Made by a program: the position numbers and the translations under genes. Shown here piece by piece: positions 52,635 through 60,012 of a stretch of 64,000 bases of DNA. Under the pieces are notes generated by a model that was not told where the DNA came from, made no database searches, and saw nothing but the letters and a program-made list of their open reading frames with translations. Position 1 is the stretch's first letter. Each line of letters starts with the position of its first letter. This DNA comes from Actinomycetota bacterium (GTDB lineage: Bacteria > Actinomycetota > Actinomycetes > S36-B12 > UBA10799): NCBI GenBank assembly GCA_020637055.1, contig JACJWR010000002.1, positions 271,802 to 335,801 on the forward strand, written 5' to 3'.

Positions 52635-52889
52635 CTACTTCAGAGAGTCGATCAGATCGACGTACTGCTGCTTGGCGTCCTCGCTCGACATGCCCTTCAA
52701 CGACGAGCGGGCGTCGTACTTGGCCCGGCCCACCGGATTTGTGAACCCCGGTCGCTTGCCGCTCACGTCACCCTCCTTGGCCTGCTTGAACAAGGCGTAG
52801 ATCTTCAACAGGGTGGCCTGGTCCGGCTTGTTCGGAAGGGAGGTCGAGGCCGCGACCGCGGCCTCAAACTGCTCGTCGAGTTCGGCCAT
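52635..52889 (-). CDS. Acyl-CoA-binding protein (ACBP)
   Basis: 84 aa with P..D..LLKIYALFKQA..GD, KRPGF and GRAKYDAW-like (GRAKYDAR) motifs, matching the ACBP four-helix signature. Confidence 0.85.
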   Translation of the reverse strand: MAELDEQFEAAVAASTSLPNKPDQATLLKIYALFKQAKEGDVSGKRPGFTNPVGRAKYDARSSLKGMSSEDAKQQYVDLIDSLK

Positions 52890-52999
52890 GGGTGCTCCTC
52901 ATACCTGGGTGCCGGTAGTTGACTAGACGATGATCGACGTACCGCGGCGGCGGTGGCAACCGCAGGGCCGATTCGGCTGCGGGTCACGTTGGCACCGGG

Positions 53000-53422
53000 T
53001 CACGTCGGCGGCGGCTCCGAGGGTGCGCGGCCCGAGCGCCAGGCCGTCCAGGCGCCCGTGCACCACAGCGCCCACACCACCAGGAGCGGCTGGAAGAGCA
53101 GTCGCACGAATCGGGCGGCATCGGAGTCCAGCCCGAAGGCGTCCGTGCCGGCGAGGAACTGCGCGATGTTGCCGGGGAAGATGATCACGAAGAAGGCCGC
53201 CAGCGCCCACCCAACCGGAACCCGCCAACGTGGGAGGGCAATCAAAGCCAGGGCGAAGGCGAGTTCCACAACGCCTGACACCAGCACGACTGCTCCCGGA
53301 GCAGGCATCCAACTCGGCACCTGAGCTTTGAACTCGTCGGTCGCCACGAAGTGACCGATGCCCGCCACAGCCAGGAAGGCGGCCAGAATCAGCCGGGCCG
53401 CGGTTTGGAGCGAGGAAGTCAC
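53000..53422 (-). CDS. DoxX-like small integral membrane protein
   Basis: 140 aa with 4 TM helices and AGIGHF near the N-terminus. The GTG start lies 1 nt downstream of the stop codon of the upstream hydrolase gene (53424-53426). Confidence 0.65.
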   Translation of the reverse strand: MTSSLQTAARLILAAFLAVAGIGHFVATDEFKAQVPSWMPAPGAVVLVSGVVELAFALALIALPRWRVPVGWALAAFFVIIFPGNIAQFLAGTDAFGLDSDAARFVRLLFQPLLVVWALWCTGAWTAWRSGRAPSEPPPT

Positions 53423-53423
53423 G

Positions 53424-54632
53424 TCACTCGATGACCGTGCACACCGCGTCCGCCGGCGGGGCGACGCAGTTGAGCATCTCGTCGAATTCGTCCGTGCCGG
53501 TCATCTCCCGGGCGAGGAACGCGTTGGCGTAGGAGTTGGTGATGTCAGCGACCACCTCCACACTCAGCGCCGCCGGGTCGCAGGCGTCCTGGGATCCACG
53601 CGCGAGTTCGGCTTTGACCGCCTCGGGCAAGTTGGTGTTGCCGGCCACAGCGTCGCGCAGTTTGCAGACGTCGGTGAATGAATTGTGGGAGCCGCCTTGG
53701 ATGTCGACCCGCAGCAGCGGCCGACCTTCGATCAGCGACACCGGCCGTTCGGTGTTGGACTCGATCGGGGTGCTCGTGTCACCGGTGCTGCTGACGACGA
53801 AAGTGGGCACATCCACCTGGGCAAGTTCCTCGTCGCTGAGCATCTCGGTGTACGGGGCCATCAGCACCAGAGCCTTGACTCGTGGGTCGGTGGTCGTGGC
53901 ACCGAGGCTGTTGGTGTGGCCGGCCACCGTTGCCAGCGAGGTGTAGCCGCCCCACGAGTGACCGCTCAGGGCGATCAGTCGATCGTCGATCCGCCCTGCC
54001 AACGGGTCGGCTGTATCGGCGTCTGCGGCGAGGGCGGCGTCGATCGTGGCCGTGATGTCCGCGGGCCGCTCGAACGCGTTGGTCTGCTCATCGACGCCGG
54101 CGCCGGAGAGTTGATCCAGTGCGGTGCTCCCGGGGTGGTCCGGTGCGATCACCACATAACCCTGGGAGGCCATGAATTCGGTGAAGAAGGTGGCGACCCA
54201 ACGGAACCCGCCGCCACCGTGGGAGTAGACGAGCAGCGGGAATTCGCCCTCGGCGGCCGGAGCGTCGGCGAACGAGATCTTCGAGGTGTAGCCCAAGCCG
54301 GGCAGGAAGGAGTACTCGGTCGGGTTCACACCGGCGGTCGCGGACGGATCCGACGGATACCAGATGTCGGCCTCGAACGTCCGCCCATCGCGGGAGTCGT
54401 CGGTCACGGTGATCGTCCGGTGGCCGACTGCGAATGGTCCTTGCTCTCCCGCCTGCGCCTGCTCTGCCTCCGATGCTGCGATCGCGGCGGCGTCGCCACC
54501 TGCCGGCGCCGACTCGGTGGCGGTTTCATCGGCAGAGGATCCGTCGCCTCCGCAGCCGGCGAGCACGACGGCGGCGCTGGCGAGGAAGGCGAGGGTTCCG
54601 ACTCGCGTGGGCAGTTTCGCGTTCGACAGCAT
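53424..54632 (-). CDS. Secreted lipoprotein alpha/beta hydrolase (PAF-acetylhydrolase / dienelactone hydrolase-like)
   Basis: Signal peptide with lipobox VLAGC and nucleophile elbow GHSWGG. Length is 402 aa. Confidence 0.75.
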   Translation of the reverse strand: MLSNAKLPTRVGTLAFLASAAVVLAGCGGDGSSADETATESAPAGGDAAAIAASEAEQAQAGEQGPFAVGHRTITVTDDSRDGRTFEADIWYPSDPSATAGVNPTEYSFLPGLGYTSKISFADAPAAEGEFPLLVYSHGGGGFRWVATFFTEFMASQGYVVIAPDHPGSTALDQLSGAGVDEQTNAFERPADITATIDAALAADADTADPLAGRIDDRLIALSGHSWGGYTSLATVAGHTNSLGATTTDPRVKALVLMAPYTEMLSDEELAQVDVPTFVVSSTGDTSTPIESNTERPVSLIEGRPLLRVDIQGGSHNSFTDVCKLRDAVAGNTNLPEAVKAELARGSQDACDPAALSVEVVADITNSYANAFLAREMTGTDEFDEMLNCVAPPADAVCTVIE

Positions 54633-54765
54633 GGGGATCTCCTCCGGGACCGATGCGATGGCACAAGTTTGGTCGCAGATGCCTCGAGAGGCGAATCGAC
54701 ACCCCCAAACGACTGAGGCCGCTACGCTGAGCAGGACACGTTGGGGCTATCGCGGGGGAGGGCTG

Positions 54766-55716
54766 ATGAACAGGCGGATTGCGACCACAGTGGTGGCCGT
54801 GGGATTGGTCGTGGTTGCGGGCTGCGGGAGCTCCGACGACGCCACCACCACACCGAGACGGTCGGATGCGGCGTCAACACCAGCAGCATCCGCCACCGCC
54901 TCGACTCCGGCAACCGCCGCGCCCACGGTCACTGCCGGGGCGACGACCTCCGCATCGGGCGCGGCAGTGGATCTGAGCCCACCGGACCAGACCGGCGTGG
55001 GTTCGACCTGGATCCTCATCTCCGGCAAGGGTCCGTTTGCCGTGCTGCAGTCGAGGACTCGGGAGGACGACGGCCGGATTCGGATCACCTGGGCGACCAC
55101 CGTCGACACCGCCAACGAGTTCTGCTTCCGATATGGCCTCTGCACCGGCGGACCCGACAACTACATCGACAACGACCCGGCGACATCGTGGGCGGTAGTC
55201 GACTGTTCCACTGCCACGTTGGTGCGTCCGTGGGGAACCGATCCAGCCGGGTCGGAACAGACGTTGCGGCGGCAGGGTCCAGACACCTGGGTCGACGTGC
55301 AGACGGGCGCGATGCTCGATTCGAGCAGCGCCGGCGGTGGGGCGGTGGCGGAGTCCATGTGGAACGCCGCGTGCAATCCGGGCATCGACCCCTACTCCAC
55401 GACGGTCGATTGGACCCAGGCCGACCGGCGCAACTGTCCGGTGGGACGCCTGGAGGTGGCCACCACAAACGGTTGGCACGTATGCCTGAGCCCCGAATCG
55501 ACCATCAGCGAAGGTTTCGCGACCAACATCGCCAACGCTGTCGGCGCCGAGGGGCAGTACGGCGGGGTACCGAGCCCGAACGGTCAGGCCTACTACTTCG
55601 CCTGCCAGTGGCAGGATCTTGGCCAGGGCTCGGTCAACTTCCGCGCCCTTCGCTGCGGCCTTCCACCCACCGACATCGTCGGCGGCGGAACGGTGGATCT
55701 GGTACCCGTGGCCTGA
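54766..55716 (+). CDS. Cys-rich lipoprotein of unknown function
   Basis: MNRRIATTVVAVGLVVVAGC has the lipobox, followed by a Thr/Ala/Ser-rich linker. There are 8 further Cys residues. GGGGGAGG RBS precedes ATG 54766. The upstream part of the track ORF is an antisense shadow frame. Confidence 0.65.
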   Translation: MNRRIATTVVAVGLVVVAGCGSSDDATTTPRRSDAASTPAASATASTPATAAPTVTAGATTSASGAAVDLSPPDQTGVGSTWILISGKGPFAVLQSRTREDDGRIRITWATTVDTANEFCFRYGLCTGGPDNYIDNDPATSWAVVDCSTATLVRPWGTDPAGSEQTLRRQGPDTWVDVQTGAMLDSSSAGGGAVAESMWNAACNPGIDPYSTTVDWTQADRRNCPVGRLEVATTNGWHVCLSPESTISEGFATNIANAVGAEGQYGGVPSPNGQAYYFACQWQDLGQGSVNFRALRCGLPPTDIVGGGTVDLVPVA

Positions 55717-55741
55717 GTCGCCGGCGGGCCGGGGCTCCGCC

Positions 55742-56770
55742 TCAGGCGGCCACCTGGCCGACCAACTCCTCCAAGACGTCCTCCATCATGGCCAGACCCA
55801 CGGTGGCTTCGCGATCCTGGTCGAGCACTTTGACCACGTGCGCCCCTCGTCGTTGCATCGTGCCGAGGACATCGCGCAGCGAATCGTCGCAGTGCACCGT
55901 ATGAAGGGCCCGGATCAAATGTGGCCGCACCGGTACGTCCATCCGCCGCTCGGGCAGCACCACCATGTCCTTGACGTGCACATAGCCGCGCAATTCGCCA
56001 TCCGCCCCGGTCACCGGGAAGCGGGAGTATCCGGTGGTGGCGCTGAGCTGCTCAAGCTGCCTCGGAGTGGCGTCTGAGGTGACCGTGACGAGTTGGGCCA
56101 GCGGCACCGCCACGTCGGCGGCTCTGACCTCGACGAAGTCCAGGGCACCGGTGAGCAGGTCGCGCTCCGGGTCGTCGATCAATCCGTGGCGCCGCGATTC
56201 GTCGATCAGTCCGGCCACCTCATCGCGGGTGAACACAGTCGCCACCTCATCCCTGATCGGCACCCGCAGCAGTCGCAGGACGAGGTTGGCGCTTTGGTTC
56301 AGAGTCCAGATCACCGGGCGCAGCAGCCACACCAGCGCGTACAGCGGCGGACCCAGGATCAACGACGCCCGCTCCGGCAGGGTCAACGAGATGTTCTTCG
56401 GAACCATCTCCCCGAACACCATGTGCAGGAAGACGACGATGGCCAAGGACACCGCATAGGCAATCGGATCGACCGCAGACGTGGGCAGGCCGACGAGCGC
56501 GAGCGGTTCGGTCAAGGCGTCCGCGACCGCGGGTTTGGCGACGGCGCCCAGTCCGATCGAACAGAGTGTGATGCCCAACTGGGCACCCGCCATCATCAAC
56601 GAGACCCGCTCCAAGGCCCGCAGGGTGACTTTCGCCGCACGTGAACCGCGTTCTGCCCGCGGTTCGAGTTGGGTGCGGCGCGCGGAGATCAGCGCGAATT
56701 CGGCGGCGACGAAGAAGGCGTTCCCCGCCAACAGCAGAAGGGCGACCACCGCCGCCGTGGTGTAGCTCAT
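55742..56770 (-). CDS. CNNM/DUF21-CBS domain transporter (CorC/HlyC family, lacking the C-terminal CorC domain)
   Basis: The N-terminal DUF21 4-TM region (GNAFFVAAEFALISARR) is followed by a CBS pair. Length is 342 aa. Confidence 0.85.
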   Translation of the reverse strand: MSYTTAAVVALLLLAGNAFFVAAEFALISARRTQLEPRAERGSRAAKVTLRALERVSLMMAGAQLGITLCSIGLGAVAKPAVADALTEPLALVGLPTSAVDPIAYAVSLAIVVFLHMVFGEMVPKNISLTLPERASLILGPPLYALVWLLRPVIWTLNQSANLVLRLLRVPIRDEVATVFTRDEVAGLIDESRRHGLIDDPERDLLTGALDFVEVRAADVAVPLAQLVTVTSDATPRQLEQLSATTGYSRFPVTGADGELRGYVHVKDMVVLPERRMDVPVRPHLIRALHTVHCDDSLRDVLGTMQRRGAHVVKVLDQDREATVGLAMMEDVLEELVGQVAA

Positions 56771-58119
56771 CAGAGGTCCCCGGCGGAGTTGACGACACGC
56801 GCCCTCACCATGTCGATCCTACGACCGTCGAGGCGGCTCACCGTGAGTGCGAGATCAACCTCGGTGGGGGTGTCGCCACGTCGGTCTGCGCAGGTCAGCA
56901 CGATCGAATCGCCGACATTCGGCAGTCGTCCGATCGTCTCGATGATCAGGCCGCCCAAAGTCTCCGTCTGGATCCCTTGCGGCACGTCCATCTCGAGCAG
57001 TTCGCTGACCTCATCCGGTCGCAGCAGACCGGACAGTATCCATGCTCCGTCGTCGGTGCGCAGGTAGTCGGGGTTCGCCGGATCCTGTTCGTCGACGATC
57101 TCCCCGACGATCTCCTCGACGAGGTCCTCCAACGTCACCAGTCCCGCCGTGCCGCCGTATTCGTCGATCACCACCGCGAGTTGGATGGGTGAGTCCCGCA
57201 AGACCTCCAGCACGGCGTCGAGGTCGAGCGTGTCGGGCACGAACGGCGCCGGGCGGGCGATCTCACCGACCGTGACCGTGTTCCGGTCCTCGGCGGACAC
57301 ACCCAGCACCTGCCTGAAGTGCACGACTCCCACCACGTCGTCGGGGTTGGCCGAGATCACCGGGAACCTGGCATGTCCGGTGCGGCGCACCAGGTCGATC
57401 ACATCGTTGACGGTGTCCTTCTCGTTCAGGAAGTGCACCTTGGGTCGTGGCGTCATGACGTCTGCCACGGTGCGATCGCCGAACAGGATCGAACGGGTGA
57501 CCAAAGTTGCGGTGGTGTCGTCCAGGGCGCCGAACTCACGGGATCTGGTGACCAGCGACGCCAACTCCTGCGGCGATCTGGCGGAGGTGAGTTCTTCCCG
57601 CGGTTCGATGCCGATGAGGCGCAGGACCTTGTTCGCGCTGCCGTGCAAGACCTTCAGCAGCGGGCCCGCAGCCCGGGTGAAGCCGATCTGAAGCCCGGCG
57701 ACTGCCCGACCCACCCGTAGCGGCTGGGAGATCGCCCAGTTCTTGGGCACCAGCTCCCCGAACACGGCCTGGAACCCGGTGGTGAGCATCAGGGCGAGGA
57801 AGAGGGCGATGGGCAATGCGGCACTCTCCGACAGCCCCAGGGCGGCGAGCGGACCGGTCAACAGTCTGGCGACGGCGGGCTCGGCGATGAAGCCGACCAC
57901 CAGGCTGGTGATGGTGATGCCGAGTTGAGCCCCGGACATCTGGGTCGACAGCCCGCGCAGCCCTTGCCGGAGTCGGGCGGCACGACGATCCCCGGACTCG
58001 ACCGCCCGATCGACGGTCGGACGATCGACGGTGACGAAACTGAATTCGGCGGCGACGAACACGCCGTTCGCGGCGATGAGTAGAACGACAAAGAGTAGGA
58101 GTGCGGCTTCGATCCACAC
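56770..58119 (-). CDS. Hemolysin-family DUF21-CBS-CorC_HlyC transporter
   Basis: ANGVFVAAEFSFVTVDR marks the DUF21 region, followed by a CBS pair. The C-terminal CorC_HlyC region includes TLGGLIIETIGRLPNVGDSI. Its stop abuts the start of the downstream paralog. Confidence 0.88.
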   Translation of the reverse strand: MWIEAALLLFVVLLIAANGVFVAAEFSFVTVDRPTVDRAVESGDRRAARLRQGLRGLSTQMSGAQLGITITSLVVGFIAEPAVARLLTGPLAALGLSESAALPIALFLALMLTTGFQAVFGELVPKNWAISQPLRVGRAVAGLQIGFTRAAGPLLKVLHGSANKVLRLIGIEPREELTSARSPQELASLVTRSREFGALDDTTATLVTRSILFGDRTVADVMTPRPKVHFLNEKDTVNDVIDLVRRTGHARFPVISANPDDVVGVVHFRQVLGVSAEDRNTVTVGEIARPAPFVPDTLDLDAVLEVLRDSPIQLAVVIDEYGGTAGLVTLEDLVEEIVGEIVDEQDPANPDYLRTDDGAWILSGLLRPDEVSELLEMDVPQGIQTETLGGLIIETIGRLPNVGDSIVLTCADRRGDTPTEVDLALTVSRLDGRRIDMVRARVVNSAGDL

Positions 58120-58212
58120 GTGGGCAACCTCCAGGGGTCAATGATATGGCCACACCTGGTCGGGGCACCCCGGCGGCGGTCGGGTAGATCCACGGTCCGG
58201 GCCGAGTCTCTC

Positions 58213-59028
58213 TCAGGGTTGCTCGAGCAGGCCCTTCATCTGCCGCTGGATCAATCCCGTCGCCAACTTGGGGGCGATCTTGATCGCCACATCCATGAGG
58301 TGGGCATCTGGGCCGACAAAGATGTGCAGCCTGTTCCTGGCGATGCCGTCGAGGATGATCCGCGCGGCCTTCTCCGGCGACGTCTGCGGGATCTTGCTGG
58401 ACGACGCATCAGCGACGACCGCGACCCCGGAGTTCTCCGCGATGTCCGTACTCACCGCGCCTGGCATCACCACCGACACCTCGACCGGCGTATCGAGCAA
58501 TTCGGCGTACAGGCCCTCGGTCAGCAGTTTGACGGCGGCCTTACTGGCGCCGTAGATCGTCTGCCCCGGGAAGGGGAAGAAGCCTCCCATGCTGGAGACG
58601 TTGACCAGGTGGGCTTCGGGGCGGGTCAACAGCCGAGGCAGGAAAGACTTCACCATGTGGATCGTGCCCATGAGGTTCACGTCGAGGACCCGGTCGATGG
58701 CTGCGTAGTCGAGGTCGACCACCGGTCGGAACGGCTGGATGATTCCAGCGTTGTTGATCAATCCGTCGACTCGGCCGTGAGCAGCTTCGACCTGTTCCGC
58801 CAACACCTCGGTGGCAGCCCGGTCGGTGATGTCTGCGGTGTGCAGGGACAGGGTGGGATTCGCGGATCCGGACAACTCCTCCACCAGCCGCTGGGTCTCG
58901 GACAGACCTTCCGCACGCACATCCACGGCAGCCACCACAGCACCCCGTCGGAGCAGCAGGATCGCCAGTTCGCGGCCCATACCGCTGCCGGCTCCGGTGA
59001 CGACCCAGACCTTCCCTGATGCCTTCAT
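58213..59028 (-). CDS. SDR family oxidoreductase
   Basis: TGAGSGMGRE (TGxxxGxG), NNAG and YGASKAAV (YxxxK). The start is taken at MKASGKVWVV (59028). Confidence 0.9.
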   Translation of the reverse strand: MKASGKVWVVTGAGSGMGRELAILLLRRGAVVAAVDVRAEGLSETQRLVEELSGSANPTLSLHTADITDRAATEVLAEQVEAAHGRVDGLINNAGIIQPFRPVVDLDYAAIDRVLDVNLMGTIHMVKSFLPRLLTRPEAHLVNVSSMGGFFPFPGQTIYGASKAAVKLLTEGLYAELLDTPVEVSVVMPGAVSTDIAENSGVAVVADASSSKIPQTSPEKAARIILDGIARNRLHIFVGPDAHLMDVAIKIAPKLATGLIQRQMKGLLEQP

Positions 59029-59035
59029 CTCGTCC

Positions 59036-59842
59036 TCACTCCGCGGTTGTGACGTTGTTCCGCAACGTTTCCGACAGACTTGCGGGCCGCTGCTCGGTCC
59101 ACAGTTGTTCGATCTGGGCCACGGCCTCGCTCCAGGTGCCTTCGAAGCCGGTACCCGTCCAGCCCGCCGGGATCGGTCGGTCGGTCGGCCAGACCGAGTA
59201 GTTGAAGTCTCCGTCGCCATCGGGCTCCTCGAGCACCTCGAATGTGCCCTCTGGCTGGCTGGGCGTCTCCTCGGTGCTATCGATGAAGAGGGCGGCGGTG
59301 GCGAAGCTCGGCGGTGGGATCAGTGGCTCGGCGGCGACGGGGGCACTGGCCGAGGGGTGGGGTTGTGCCACCACCGGGATGAGCGTCGCCTGGAGGGTCA
59401 AGGTTGCTGTGAGGGGGTCGTAGCGCGGCTCATCGATCTCCAGCACCACCGACTCCGGGGGTTCGCCGCTCACTCGGGAATAGCTCAGGACGGCATTGGG
59501 TGGGTCGTCGCCGAAGAGGTCGTACCAACTGGCGGCTAAGTCGGCGATCGGAAGCACCCAGCCGCGTCGTGCCGGGCGATCGGAGAACTCGGTGGCCACC
59601 TCGTTGACGCCGTGCAGCCGCAACTCCATCGGGTCCCGCAATTCGGCGGCGGTCGGCACCACGAAGTCTCCACCGGCGGCACCGAGTTGCCAGAGGTGGG
59701 TGTCGCCGGTGGCCGACGAGGACGCCGATGCGCTGGTGGCGGTTCCGGGTGGACCTTCGGTCGCGGCACCGGCGGTGCATCCCGCCAGTGCGATGCAGAT
59801 CACGCTCGTGGACGCAGCGGCGACGGATGCGAAATGTGCCAT
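59036..59842 (-). CDS. Predicted lipoprotein with a C-terminal MbtH-like domain
   Basis: The N-terminus MAHFASVAAASTSVICIALAGC has a hydrophobic core plus lipobox. The C-terminus FEVLEEPDGDGDFNYSVWPTDRPIPAGWTGTGFEGTWSEAVAQIEQLWTEQRPASL matches the MbtH signature (SxWP...PxGW...WTxxRPxSL). It ends 7 nt upstream of the SDR gene. Confidence 0.7.
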   Translation of the reverse strand: MAHFASVAAASTSVICIALAGCTAGAATEGPPGTATSASASSSATGDTHLWQLGAAGGDFVVPTAAELRDPMELRLHGVNEVATEFSDRPARRGWVLPIADLAASWYDLFGDDPPNAVLSYSRVSGEPPESVVLEIDEPRYDPLTATLTLQATLIPVVAQPHPSASAPVAAEPLIPPPSFATAALFIDSTEETPSQPEGTFEVLEEPDGDGDFNYSVWPTDRPIPAGWTGTGFEGTWSEAVAQIEQLWTEQRPASLSETLRNNVTTAE

Positions 59843-60012
59843 GTCGCGCTCCCTGTCGCCGGTGTGCTGCGGATCCCTCCCATCGTGACACGCCGCCCGA
59901 GGGTCGTGCACGCCGTTGTGCATAAGGCCCTGTTGCCCGGCGTGATGGTGGGATCTTCGGGAAGGATGTACGTCGCATCGTCCGTACCCGCCCCGACCGC
60001 GAGGAGGGCACC

